From Eukaryota sp. GEM-RC1 (lineage: Eukaryota), in the NCBI GenBank assembly GCA_040285855.1, contig JAUFOQ010000001.1, positions 744,001 through 808,000 on the forward strand: a stretch of 64,000 nt of DNA. The letters run 5' to 3'. The notes below the pieces were generated by a model that ran no database searches, had not been told where the DNA came from, and was given only the letters and a program-made list of their open reading frames with translations. This document shows positions 13,546 to 25,886 of the stretch, piece by piece. The position numbers and the translations under genes were made by a program. How positions within the stretch are numbered: position 1 is the stretch's first letter; every line of letters starts with the position of its first letter.

Positions 13546-15300
13546 TCTATTAATTTAGTATAAATAGACACGTTTTCAGTCATTTTGTGCTTTAAATTGT
13601 TACTGTTATCCTCTTCACCAGAAAAAGTTTTTTTCATCAGAAGTACATTGTGTCTTGTGGTGTACTTTATTCAAAAAGTCGGCCTCATCTACTAATACCC
13701 CTTCCAGTAATAGATCTAAACATTGTATTATTTCCCACATGTCATTTTCTTCATGACTCTGTCTTTTGACGTTCACTAGTATCCTGAATATTTCCTTGAA
13801 TGAGTTCTTTACTTCCATTTCATCTACATTTGTGTTCATGTCGTCCTTTGAATCTTGGACTTTCCTTTCTGGATTCTCTTCAAAGTGTCTTGTCAACCAA
13901 GATTCTTTCGAAACTGACTGTTCTAAATATGCACAACCAATTGGACACTGGTTTTGAAGAAGCTGCCAATAACGGTCAAATTCGATTGAAGTACTAGCTC
14001 GTGCTTATTTCCAAAAGAATTTCATGGCTTTTTTTACGTTTGAACGAGAGATTGTCACTGAGATGTTTACCGAGACAGATTGCCAGGTATTTTCACCAAA
14101 AACTTCGACGAGTGTACGGGAAATGGTTGTATTTCTGTCACAAATAAGTATTGTTTTATCGTTAATTGCAAAATTGTCTTTCAAATTCGCTAAAAAGCTT
14201 CTCCAATGGATTACTTTTCCGTTCGAGTAATTTCAAAAACTACAGGAAAGAGTAGCTCGTTAACATCAATACCAGCCGAAGCCAACTTTGTTTTCTTGTA
14301 TTTTGACCTTAGATGAGTTCCATCTATAACGATGACAGGCCTTAAAAACTGAAGGCCTTTCACAAGAGGTTAGAAATCCCCAGAAGTTCGAGAAGTTAGG
14401 AGAAGTTTGGAGAATAAGACTGTCTTTGTGGATAAGTAGTAGCTGATATAGTCATAAACAGTAATGTATTGTTGTTGCAAATTCATATTTCCGTAGGATG
14501 CTTACCTGTTTGGGTACCAAATAAAGTTGTTTCTTCTGATGTATTGATGTTGAATGAAATGATATTTATTAATGTGAATTCTTTAGAAACCGTGGAGAAA
14601 AAAACTTACTGTAATCCTGAAAAGTCAGTGTTAAGAAACAATCAAAATCAAGAATGAACTGATATAAATGTTTGTATTAGGCTCGTACAAATTATAGAGG
14701 GTTAACTATTTATACAAAACATTTTTGTGATAAAAATAATGCTTGAGTACCAAATACAATGTTTCATTTGCAAAAACACGTACCATGGTAATATGAAGTT
14801 GTGTGTGTCCAAGCAATTCCAATTCATCTAATTATGTCATGACTTCGACTGATTCAAAAACACCTGTATCCTCTCTCACTATAACTTCTTCTACATCTCA
14901 ACTGTGCGGACATCAGCCCAACAACGTAGTCTCCTATAACTTCCTATTTCTCATGGTTTAAAGTCGACACTTTCACGATGTTTGTTCAATTACTTGTTTT
15001 CAAATTTAAGGACACACAGTAAGCGGAGGGTTCGTTGAGGGCTAATAAATATCAACTCTTTGTTTTATATGTGAGTGTATTAATTGGAAATGTAATTGTC
15101 GAAGACGTTTTCATTCTACTATTACTCAACAGAAGTTCGGAGAACAATTCGCGAATGTTTCTAATTATATCACTATTGTGCAACCGCCACATTCTTTTAT
15201 TGAAATTCAAAAGACATGTCTTGTCAGAAATACTTGTGTTCAATTTATCTTCAACAAAGATATACATTACAAAGAAAGAGAAACTTAACTCTATAAAAAC

Positions 15301-17469
15301 TTAAGACCGATTGAGTCCGGTTACTCCTACTATTGTAACTGAAGTATTAACTTTCAAAGCCTCTGCTAAAGCTATAACACCTTCAGTTTTAATAGAGATT
15401 CCACTCAGATTAACACTTGTAACTGACGTATTAACTTTCAAAGCCTCTGCTAAAGCTATAACACCTTCAGTTTTAATAGAGATTCCACTCAGATTAACAC
15501 TTGTAACTGAAACATTTACTTTCAAAGCATCTGCTAAAGCTCTGACACCTACAGCTTTAATGGAGTTTTCACTGAGATTAACACTTGTAACTGACGCATT
15601 TACTTTCAAAGCCTCTGCTAAAGCTATGACACCTTCAGCTTTAATGGAGTTTCCACTGAGATTAACACTTGTTACCGATGAATTTACTTTCAATGCATCT
15701 GCTAAAGCTATGGCACCTTCAGCTTTGATGGAGTTTCCACTGAGATTAACACTTGTTACCGATGAATTTACTTTCAATGCATCTGCTAAAGCTATGGCAC
15801 CTTCAGCTTTAATGGAGTTTCCACTGAGATTAACACTTGTTACCGACGAATTTACTTTCAAAGCCTCTGCTAATGCTATTACACCTTCAAATTCAATAGA
15901 GTTACGGCTCAGATTAATATTTGTAACTGAAACATTTACTTTCAAAGCTTCTGCTAAAGCTCTGACACCTTCATCTCCAATAGAACCCCCCTGCAGATCA
16001 ATACTCGTAACTGAACTATTAACTTTCAGTGCCTTGGCCAAAGCTCTGACATCATCACCTCCAAGAGATTTTCTATTCAGTCTAATAACTGTAACACTGG
16101 CAGCTCTCATTCCTTCCAAGACTTCCTTCACCCTTGGTTTCAACTTGTCCAAGAGATTATGATCAAACATCAAAGAATTCATGTCCGTCTGTCTGTCTAC
16201 TTCAACATTTCCATGATTCAAACCAAGAGATTCACTAGTTAAATCATCAACTTTGCATGGTTTGTGAAAGAATACATAAGGACTATTATTTAGATTTCGA
16301 ACATCTTCAACTTGAATCTTCAATGCGTTGATTTCATTCTGTAATTGACAATTAGTTTCAATGAGGGATTGATTCTCGCGTTTAAGGCCAGTATTTTCAC
16401 TAATCAATTGCTTGTTCTTAGCTTGGATCACCAGATTTTGATTAACAAGATTTTGGTTTTTCACTTCAAGTTTTTTCAGTAATAAAGACTGGTCAGGTAT
16501 AGATGGGGCTTTAGGAAGATTTAAACCTTCCAAAATTTCAATAATTTGAGAAATTTTAGGTCGTAAAATTGGATCTGCATTTACACATTGGTTAATGACA
16601 TTGGCCAATTGAGCTGGAACTGTTTTATCAAAAGGAAAATGGTTCCCCTGTTGTTTAACTCCAACGATACCATACATAGACATTCCTTCAAATGCTTCCT
16701 TGTTTTGAAACAATTCATAGAGTACTACACCAAGGGAATAAACGTCACTTAGGGGGGTGGCAATGTTACCAAACTGCTCAGGTGCGGCATATCGTACAGT
16801 CATTGCAGGGTTTTTAGGAACAGTTGTAGTTGCAGCAATGTTCCTAGAAGTTCCAAAATCAGCTATCCTGATTCTATTGTCCACCATTAACACATTCCCC
16901 GGCTTGAGATCTCCATGGACAACAGACTTACGATGTAGATAGTTGACGCCCTGACACAGTTCCTTGGCATATTCGACAGTGAGGAAGGAGAAAGAGTTGG
17001 GGGAGGGGAGGGAAGAAGAAGCTCTTTCCATTACGATTCCGATACGATCCTCCCACGAGCAGAGACCATAGACACGGAGAACAGCGGGGTGATTGAGTTG
17101 AACAAGAAGGTTCATCTCCTTCTTTAGTTTGACTCTTCCTTTTTCAGTGAGAGAGACCATTTTAACAGCAACGGGAAGTTTGCACCACTCCGCAGCATAT
17201 ACTACAGCGCAACCTCCTTCGGCGATCTGATCAAGGAGTTCAACATCATCCGATGGGATTTCTGGGCATAGATCGCCATTACGAGCTGCTTCCACAAGAC
17301 TTCTGAGAGCAAAGCTCACGTTTTTCTTGGTAGGACATTTCTTTCGACAAATTGGACAGTTATTTAAAGGAGAAGCGCAATGAGAACATGCAGTGTGCCC
17401 AAGATTACACAGAAGCAACGGTAGGCGGTCAGAAAGGTTGAAGGAGTCAGAGCAGATGAAACAATCCAT
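15301..17469 (-). CDS. RING finger - TKL-type protein kinase - coiled coil - RI/NLRC3-like LRR protein (722 aa)
   Basis: N-terminal CxxC..CxxGHxxCxxC..CPIC; kinase motifs VAVK, HGDLKPGN, DFG, YAAPE, DVYSLG; about nine 28-aa LRRs. Uninterrupted ORF with ATG. Confidence 0.92.
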   Translation of the reverse strand: MDCFICSDSFNLSDRLPLLLCNLGHTACSHCASPLNNCPICRKKCPTKKNVSFALRSLVEAARNGDLCPEIPSDDVELLDQIAEGGCAVVYAAEWCKLPVAVKMVSLTEKGRVKLKKEMNLLVQLNHPAVLRVYGLCSWEDRIGIVMERASSSLPSPNSFSFLTVEYAKELCQGVNYLHRKSVVHGDLKPGNVLMVDNRIRIADFGTSRNIAATTTVPKNPAMTVRYAAPEQFGNIATPLSDVYSLGVVLYELFQNKEAFEGMSMYGIVGVKQQGNHFPFDKTVPAQLANVINQCVNADPILRPKISQIIEILEGLNLPKAPSIPDQSLLLKKLEVKNQNLVNQNLVIQAKNKQLISENTGLKRENQSLIETNCQLQNEINALKIQVEDVRNLNNSPYVFFHKPCKVDDLTSESLGLNHGNVEVDRQTDMNSLMFDHNLLDKLKPRVKEVLEGMRAASVTVIRLNRKSLGGDDVRALAKALKVNSSVTSIDLQGGSIGDEGVRALAEALKVNVSVTNINLSRNSIEFEGVIALAEALKVNSSVTSVNLSGNSIKAEGAIALADALKVNSSVTSVNLSGNSIKAEGAIALADALKVNSSVTSVNLSGNSIKAEGVIALAEALKVNASVTSVNLSENSIKAVGVRALADALKVNVSVTSVNLSGISIKTEGVIALAEALKVNTSVTSVNLSGISIKTEGVIALAEALKVNTSVTIVGVTGLNRS
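15315..16050. repeat. 84-bp tandem repeats encoding the LRR units
   Basis: Near-identical 84-nt units, e.g. those encoding ALADALKVNSSVTSVNLSGNSIKAEG. Confidence 0.9.
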
Positions 17470-17776
17470 AGCAAAAGTGGGGAAAAGATCAATAAAAATA
17501 AAATAAACAACACAATTTCAAAGTACAGTACATGTACCTAGGAAATACAGATACACTGCATCCTGTATTCGTATCTGTATCCTAAAATTGATTTGTCTCA
17601 CGTATTTCCCTATTTTGTGTATACTATGTATTTTGTGTATTTTCCTCAACTGCTTCTATTGCAAAGGAGCTGAAAGGTTAACCCATTAGTCTATTGTAAT
17701 AATAAACAGCAATTAGTGACCAAATAGTAACCGTTCAAATTTTCGTACGAAATTAAAAGATACATTGCGGTGAATC

Positions 17777-18306
17777 ACAATATTATCTGCTACAACTTTA
17801 GTACTGGTTTAATGTAGAAAAACCGGGTTTATGATCAATTAGTGAAAAATTGCTATCGTAGTATAATCTATTCTTCATCTATTACATCCACGTCTTGTTG
17901 CAACAAATCTTGACAAGGATTGTGGAGGAGAATTCTTCGAACAGTCTCTTCATTCCAAAGTTGGGAGTTGTAGAGTAAAAGTAACTGTTTCTCAAGGCTT
18001 GAAGGGTGTAAACGTGATCGAAGAGTGCCAGTAGTAAGCTTTGCTCTTTCAATTTTGTTCCATGATGGTATGATCAACTGTTTGTATCCTTGGTTACAAA
18101 ATTGAGACAGTACTGTACGAATTGAAATGAAGAAAGTTCGATATTTGCAAATGAAAACACAACAATTTGGCATGAAAATATATTGTCACAATATTGCAAT
18201 ATATTGCAATATTATTGCATACTGCGATTTGAGACAATAAATATATTGTTGATCCAGCTGCTGACAATAAATAAATAAAATAAAAATATATTTTTTAACA
18301 TCCCTG
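17777..18306 (-). mobile_element. Deleted hAT element with 8-bp TSD GGTGAATC
   Basis: GGTGAATC at 17769-17776 and 18307-18314; the empty site has a single GGTGAATC at ~60592. One end is CAGGGATG. Contains ERAKLT..RSRLHPSSLEKQLLL (hAT C-terminus). Confidence 0.75.
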
Positions 18307-19295
18307 GGTGAATCCGCCACGATGGATATCTAACAGTTTTTGTTTCAGTGCGAAACACATTGAGTCATCGGTATATAACTGTTAAAAGTGATAAAATAGT
18401 CAAATGAGAGGAATTTTATAAAGACAAACTTCAACAGGTTCAGTGTGAAGTCTACAAGTGACTTGATTTGAAGTGAAGTTCACTTGTAAAATATATTGTT
18501 TAGAGTGAAGTCGAGTTGGAGTTTCCCATCCCTAGTCATCATAATCTACAAAAATATGACAAATATTTAGAATCAAATCAGTGGTGAAACTACTGTCAAT
18601 TATTTGATTGTCTCAATTCCTCAGCCAACACTTGGTAAGTTTCAATTGATACCATTGTTGATTATTTCCTGATAGCATTAAACTGAGCAACTGGAAACAA
18701 CAAGAGTGATTATATACTATACATCTAAATAAAATTAGATGAAAAATGAAATTACCAGACTGCCAAAGAGAATATTTTCATTTTCTAGAGCGCGCACTAC
18801 CTGTACATTTGAATCAAAAGTGTGAACCATGTGTTCTAACTTGCTGATAAAAATAGCATGTCTTTTGAACCAATTCAAACACTAATGAACATCATAAATT
18901 TGCTGAAGAAAAAGAAAGAGAGGTAAAAGTCACAGTCACTAATTTTAAACTGGCATTGATTTGTCTGAACGGTGTTCTTCCTTATCCCCAAAAGTTCTGA
19001 CATGCACTGGCTCCATAATTTATTAAAACTGTGATGATAAAACTGATAAAATAAATTAGAACTAAAATATGGAATTAAATATGAAAGAAGCAATGAATTG
19101 TAAACGAATATTGCAAAGGGAATAGAGACGGACAACAACTCAAATCTAAATTTGCTGGCCATTACACTACATTTGACTTACAAAAATGGGTTCGAGCGGA
19201 GTCTGAGTTGAGTTGATTACCCATCATAATGTCGGAATTTCTGATTTTCTGTTCAAGTCTGAAAAATCCGCCACTCTCTTCTTTTGAGATTCGCA

Positions 19296-20591
19296 ATGAA
19301 CCTCACTGTCTCTGCAGACCTTAAGTCGTCTTACTATGGTCAGAGACTGCTTCACTACTTCTCAATGATGTCCTCTCCACGTCTAGAAACAGTCACATCT
19401 GCTGTAGAAGGTTTTTCCCACGTCTTATCCAAACAACGATCCTTAATACCCTCATTTATTGAGTCTGGAGTCCTTCCCTCTATCCTCTCCTTTCTGGAAT
19501 CCAATTCTCTTGAACTTCAACTAGCAGCTGTCCGCGTCTTCATCAATGTTACTGCTGGTATCTGTAATGACTTGTACCAGCCTCGACTTCTTGTAAACGC
19601 CTTGTTCAAATGTGTTCAATCCAGTTCTAGTCAGTTACTTATATATCAATGTATCGTTGTTCTTGGTAACATCGCTCTTGATTCACTACACATGCGTAAC
19701 CTTATCATAAGCCTTGGAATGACCCCACTCTTGATTTCAGTTCTGGAAAAGTCTCACAGTTCCTCCACTAGTGCTTCCACTAGTGACTGTTCTATAACTA
19801 ACGTTGTTTGGTCACTCTCAGCTCTTCTTGTACGCAAACCTCTTCCCAAAGCTGACGTCATCTCGACTCTCCTCTCATCTCTCTCCCTTCTTCTACACCA
19901 CAAAACCAAGGCAGTCGTCATTAATGCTCTATGGGGTCTCTTCTACATCTCTGAGTCTACGGATCCTTCCCACACTGAACTTCTCTTAAACTCTGGTTCG
20001 TTACACCAACTTGTCCAACTCCTTCCCACTAGTACTGACACCCAGATACCAGTCTTACGAACCCTATGTAACCTCTTGTCTTCCTCAAACAGTGCCTTAG
20101 ATCTCCTTTTGACTTTTTCCTTTCTTCCCACTCTACACTCTCTGCTTGCTTTGGATAATCCTACTTTAGATTGTGACGTTCTCCGAGTGGTTTCCAATGT
20201 AACTGCAGGTACTTCTTTTCATGTATCTCAGTGTTTTAGTAGTGGTTTAATGACTTTAGTAGTTAAAAAGATGACGTCATCATGTCCACGTGTTCAAAGG
20301 GAGGCGTTGTGGTGTGTTGCCAATGCTTTAGTTAGTGGTAGTTATGATCATGCATTGTTGCTTATTGAATTAGGTTTGATTCCTAATATTTTGAATTTTT
20401 TAAAATCTACCGATGAAGAAGTTTTGGATTTGGTTTCAGTATCATTGAATAACTTGTTGTTGCTGGGAGAAAATCGAGGAGAATCAAATTTGATTTTGGA
20501 GAAAATTATTGAGGCTTACGAATCACAGTCAAAATTTCAATTATTTAAACTTGAACCAATTGATCTTTCCAATGTTTGTACAATTCAATGA
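19296..20591 (+). CDS. Importin-alpha-like armadillo-repeat protein (no obvious IBB domain)
   Basis: ARM motifs: FIESGVLP, INVTAG, LGNIALDS, VVWSLSAL, ALWGLFYISE, VSNVTAGT, QREALWCVAN. First ATG at 19296. Confidence 0.85.
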   Translation: MNLTVSADLKSSYYGQRLLHYFSMMSSPRLETVTSAVEGFSHVLSKQRSLIPSFIESGVLPSILSFLESNSLELQLAAVRVFINVTAGICNDLYQPRLLVNALFKCVQSSSSQLLIYQCIVVLGNIALDSLHMRNLIISLGMTPLLISVLEKSHSSSTSASTSDCSITNVVWSLSALLVRKPLPKADVISTLLSSLSLLLHHKTKAVVINALWGLFYISESTDPSHTELLLNSGSLHQLVQLLPTSTDTQIPVLRTLCNLLSSSNSALDLLLTFSFLPTLHSLLALDNPTLDCDVLRVVSNVTAGTSFHVSQCFSSGLMTLVVKKMTSSCPRVQREALWCVANALVSGSYDHALLLIELGLIPNILNFLKSTDEEVLDLVSVSLNNLLLLGENRGESNLILEKIIEAYESQSKFQLFKLEPIDLSNVCTIQ

Positions 20592-20767
20592 TTTTTGTAC
20601 AGTTCCCTTTGATGAGAGGATTCCTGCTTTGATGCAAGTCTTTGGAGACGTTTACAAGTTTAGAAGAGATAAGCGATTACCTCAATCGTTCATCTAAACT
20701 CTTTCTGATCGCATCAGTGTGGATTGTTACAGATTCAACAGATCTTAAACAATCTGACCCGATAGTG

Positions 20768-21185
20768 TTACTCATAGAAGTCTGTATCTCGTGATGTTTT
20801 TGACTTCAAATTGCAAATATCGATATGTTTTTGGTGAAATCTGTGATCATTTGGAAAACGCATGTTTGACATTCTTAGCTCTTTTTTGATTCTTGAAAAG
20901 AGAATTTCATCAGTTCGTTTATACCACGGACAAGTCCTATTGGTTTGTACATACCTGTGTACCGTTTGGCCGTCATACGTAACTCCAGTGAACGTTACTG
21001 AAGCAAACTTCTCCACACTAAGCTTGGTTAGATCTTGGATCGCCCAGAGATTGACAAAGTTCTTATCCCGCCGGACATACTTGTAATCCTGGTAATCCAA
21101 TGTGTGGAGAACAGCATTGTCACTTACACCCTTCTTCCTCTTAGGTTCGATAGAACGCACAACACGTGCAGGAGAAGTCATGCCT
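20768..21185 (-). pseudogene. Homologue of island orphan gene at 38710-39435
   Basis: DYKYVRRDKN..VEKFASVTFTGVTYDGQTVHRY vs DYKQVRKDKN..IDKFTSFSFTAVTMDGRSVHRY. Confidence 0.7.
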
Positions 21186-21199
21186 ACAAAGATAATACT

Positions 21200-22060
21200 G
21201 CCTGGCTCAAATTTAACTTCATATTGATCGTTTACGTCATCATAAACATCAAATTCGGTACTGAATTGTCCCATACCTTCACCTATTAATTTACGATCGT
21301 ACACTTGTTGAAAATACATGCAAAGAGGAAATAAATCATTATACTTCATATGCATACTATCAGTATCCTGATTATAAATTTTAATGTTATTTTGATAAGC
21401 TAAACACATAACTTCATTCATAATTTTTTTGCTTTCCGATAACACTAATGAATCGCATTGAGCAAAATTTTCGGGCAAGCTTACAGCGTTATAATTGTTA
21501 ATAAAATAACGTTTACCGCAAAGACCATGTTCGACATGATACCAATTTTTAATAGTTCCACAATTGTTTTCCCATTATTTCTCCTAGAGACAAAGTTCTC
21601 CGCAACATACCTGGATGCTTGTTGTATAAACGTCCTCATGTTTTTGTGAGGAGTTCGTACAACATACTGCGTTGATAATAAAGAAATATCATAACATCAT
21701 TAATGTTGGAATTAACGCCCAACCAATAAATTCCTTTTACAAATTCCCACTCAATTTCATGATATAATTCAAATTGTTGTAAATCAATAAAATTTACAAA
21801 AGATCTGTTACCTTTAACATCTCTTGAAGGAATTATTAACGGAAATTCAAGATGTTTGTTAAATTTAGTAATTTTAATTTCCAGGAAAAATGGGTGTCCT
21901 ACTTCAATTATTCTTCTGTAGTTGGACACATACCATCGAGTAGCATTGGTTTCATCACCATTCATAAATATTGCCTGTCATGTTGGATAACCTAAAAGTC
22001 TGAACATTGCATTAGGATAAACACTATTAGCGTCAAAATTAAAAGATAGAATTTCTTTCT
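21200..22060 (-). mobile_element. Polinton/Maverick-type protein-primed DNA polymerase B fragments
   Basis: NFDANSVYPNAM (motif A, ~22010-22045), SLVLSESKKIMNEV and QDTDSMHM (motif C). Frameshifted and internally deleted. Confidence 0.8.
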
Positions 22061-22346
22061 GCGATATAAATAATTTTTGATCTTACAGAGTTCGAATCTT
22101 GGCATGCATTGAATATATTTTTCTTTTCATTCTTGTATGACTGACAGTATGCACAAACAGAATAAACTTTTGTACATATCGGTAAATCTGCTCGATATCA
22201 AGGAATTAAAACCAGAAATAACTTAAACAATATCGATAAAAATATACAAAAATAAGAAGATAAATGAAGAATAACCGCTAGTAGACTACGAAAGAAAGCA
22301 TTGACAATGATGTCAATGAAACAAAATAAGTGGAAGATCATGTAGA

Positions 22347-22883
22347 CTAGAAAACCTTCCTAAACATGTCTGCAAGTGCATTGGGAGGAGTTATACGTGG
22401 TCCTGCATTAAGTGTTTGCTTTTCATGATACTGTTGCTGCTGCTTAATCCATTGCATTGCATTATCATAACTATCACAAAGAGAAAAAGTGACTTGAGTT
22501 AAATCGTTGGATAGATGACGAACGAAGAAATTTGTTGTGGAAGAGTCTCGACAACAGATGATCCCATGTGCATATGGATTGTCAAGAATAACAAAAGAGA
22601 GAAAAGTAGTTCTGGATGAACATTTTTTACCTTTTTCAAGATTCGAGGATTTGGATAACGAAAGACGAGACACCAACCAATTGGTCGCTGAAAGATGCGT
22701 TGTATGATTAGAAATACTGAATGAATGTGAAAGAATAGAAGTTAAGTAGCTGCACCTATCAAAATTATCAACTATGGCAACACCGAAGGACTGAGGTACA
22801 GTACGAGACAGAAAGACCAGACAACATGGATATGCGGAAGAATCCATGAAGTGAGGAATTTGATTGTGTGAATTCCTTAACAC
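22347..22883 (-). CDS. Orphan protein, homologue of island ORF 40065-40616
   Basis: Shared HSFxISxHxTHxSATxWL, FLSFVxLDNP..GII and NALADMF motifs. Confidence 0.6.
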   Translation of the reverse strand: MLRNSHNQIPHFMDSSAYPCCLVFLSRTVPQSFGVAIVDNFDRCSYLTSILSHSFSISNHTTHLSATNWLVSRLSLSKSSNLEKGKKCSSRTTFLSFVILDNPYAHGIICCRDSSTTNFFVRHLSNDLTQVTFSLCDSYDNAMQWIKQQQQYHEKQTLNAGPRITPPNALADMFRKVF

Positions 22884-23102
22884 AACATTTCTTCACTTAA
22901 GCGATGCCACCTGCAAAATTTCCTTAAAAAAGCAGCAAAGACGAACAACCATCACTCAGTAAAAAAAACAAGTGAATTCGGTTTATAGACGACCGAAAAG
23001 CAAGGCTAGAGTTTGGGTATTTTTGAGCTTATCAACACATACTAACATCAGCATCGCAGTATTCAGCCTCTTTCCGAACCCCATCCAGCTCCACGCTATT
23101 CC

Positions 23103-23725
23103 ATGGAGTGGAGAAAGAAGGTCCAAGACATATCTGGAATTATTCGCACCTTTCAAAATCTGGAACTCACGGTCATAGAGAAGGACTTGGTAATCAGTTG
23201 CACAATAGCTTCTTACAATGGAGACTTTGTCGCTCGGTATGTCTCTACTGCAACAGGTGGAGGCCATAATGGCATGGTGAGCGAATACTACTTCGAGGCT
23301 GAAAACAAGAAGGAAGTCATGCAGAGAGCCTTCAAAAACTGTGATGCTTTTGAACACTTCTGGACCAAAACAAAAAGGGAGTTGGAAAATTTGGATAATT
23401 TAGGAACCACCCAATGCAACGGTCACAATCTACAAAGATGTTACGGATGTTCCACCTGATCTCCTACGTCTTAATAAGGTAAAGGGAGTTTACTACGTCG
23501 TTGTTTGCGGTAGCTTAGTTGGGCAAAATCACATCGACTGGCTGTTATTGCCAGCTACTGCAGAACGAACTGACACAACCACACTTCATGATGGCCTCAA
23601 ACAAAATGAAACTTATGATGTCGAAGACGAAAGACCATTTGCAGATTTTAGAACAATCTAAGACTCCGGTGATCTATCAGATGAATGGTGTAATGAGGAA
23701 TAGAAAGGCCTTTACAAGTGGGAAA
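23103..23725 (+). pseudogene. Frameshifted homologue of island ORF 40878-41570
   Basis: SCTIASYNGDFVA vs SCTVASYNGDYVA. A downstream frame gives KVKGVYYVVVCGSLVG..VEDERPF..KGLYKW, matching the C-terminus of the 41-kb protein. Confidence 0.65.
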
Positions 23726-24119
23726 ACCATAGTTTTCAATTACAAATTCCCAGTAGTCGTAATTCTAGGAATTCCTGGAATTCCTGATGATACTTTTGTA
23801 ACGCCAGAATTCCTAGAATTCCTGGTTCTCTTTGCTGGTGCTTGCTTTCGTTATGCTCAGCTCCAAAAGACACCCTCCACAAGTGTCAACCGGTTTATGG
23901 CCTTTTTTACCTTTTTCGTTTCTTCCACCATCAAAATCCGCTGTTATTGACATCACTGACTCATGTGATGAAGAAATCAGTTCTCCGCGTGTACTGCTAT
24001 CTCAACCCATGCCTTCTTGACGAATCACTCCAACTGAATTGTCAGTGGCCTCGTCACTTACAGACCTATCTGCACACACTCTGACCAACTCGACGAGATC
24101 TCAAGGGTGGCAATCACAC

Positions 24120-24290
24120 ACTCCGTATCGCTCATTAGATCCAATTTGCAACTTTGTACTAGTCAACAATAAACGAGGCAGTACTATAGATCTACGTTGT
24201 ATAAGTTGTAATCACACAATTAAAAATACAAACATCACCAAGTTCAGAAAATCTCATATTTAAAGCTGCAAATCAATCCCACAAAATGAA
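24120..24290 (+). mobile_element. BED-type zinc-finger remnant (hAT transposase N-terminus)
   Basis: LRCISCNHTI..NITKFRKSHI*SCK. Confidence 0.4.
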
Positions 24291-25886
24291 ATACTCGAAA
24301 TCAATGCAGATCTAATTAATTATACTTTGACAATCAAATCCGTGAGTAATTCCTCGATCAATCTTACTGGAACTCTTCCCAGATTAAGTAGTGGTAATTA
24401 TTATCCATTTGCTTTATTATGTCGTAGTAGTCATGAACTTGAAATCGTTGAATAAAGTTGATAACATTGTCATTGTGGGTAAGTCTCCTCATTTAAATCA
24501 GTGATTCTAATTAATTCATGAATTTGGAAGCCAATTCGAGTAGAAGACGTCAAGTAGTGGGAGTTGCCAGCACCTCGTATGTGATCATGAACCTGCTTCT
24601 AATAAAGTATGTGATTGATAATAACCATTGCTTTTTACTGATACTGCATGGACGAAGAGGATTCTAATTGTAGAACATGACTAAATTAAATTGTAGTCAT
24701 ATGTAATTAGTTGTGTTGTTTAATATCTTACAAATTCCAAAATAACACTGATTTACTTTGAAAAAATGGTAAATTGACAAATGACCACACAACTTCAGTA
24801 AATATACAACTTGATAAATAACAATAGATATGTGCTGTCAATCCATCATGATTTTCAACTAGAGCACATACATTGAGCAGAGAAGACCGAATCTGAGGTA
24901 TCTTGACCTGACCCGAGTTCCGATGATCTAATTTCAACTTTTTAACAACCTGAAAATTTTTTACATTCATGTTCAAAGAGATGAGCAAATAAATGTAGTT
25001 GAGGAAGATCTTTGTAAACCACATGAAACCAGTGTTCGAAAACACTCGTGTGAATCAGAAAAGACACGTGTGGACACGGTGTGAATTAAACCATACTTTA
25101 AAAAATACAAAAAATACACTTAATACAGAAAAATACAAAATCACTCGACCTAAGAAAACTTTCACAAAAATTACAATGAGAATTTTTTTATTTCCAAAGT
25201 GACAAAGACTAAAATTATATGGCAATGAACACAACAAAACATCAAAAATAATCAGACAGATACCAGGTAGTCATCATTCACTTAGCCTTCTTTTCTGAGC
25301 AGAAACGAAGGCATTTCCAACACACTTTTTCAGCCATTCCACAGGTTGTTATTCCTCAAAAACATCGACAGGATTGGGTTATTCTTCATCATCAGACGAG
25401 TTTGTGACAACAACATATTCTTCAAGACCAACTACAACTACTTGCACTTGCAATTCCAATTCGTCTTCCAATATAACATAGTTGCCTATTGTATCATCAT
25501 TGTCATCATCAAAAACATCTTCTTCCTCGAGATGAAGTACATAAACACGAGATCTGTGATCATCACAAATGTGCATACTCATACCTGGTATGGTAGTTAA
25601 TTAATGAGGTTCACGGAATCAATATTGTTTCAAAAATAAAAAATTAATTTTTTCACCACTAATAACTTTAATTTTAATTAATTAAAAGTTGTATTTAATG
25701 TTCTCAACATCCTGTTTATAAACTTTTGGATACTGAGAGATCTTAAAGTGGAAAGATTGCAGCGACCTGTAAAGAATGTCACACTACTATGATAGGCAAT
25801 AAAAGTCGTTTTGTTAGTCACTCTTGTCCAGAGATTAGTGGAAAAGATGCTAGTCTATGCCTGCTCTTAAGCAACATAAATGAGGA

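Noticed and set aside
15311..16162. Long + strand ORFs over LRR regions (also 7592-8080, 51810-52019)
   Set aside because: Antisense shadows of repetitive LRR codons.
20768..21478. Genuine pPolB-orphan fusion protein (236 aa)
   Set aside because: pPolB is truncated on both sides. The in-frame junction is most likely a chance product of rearrangement.
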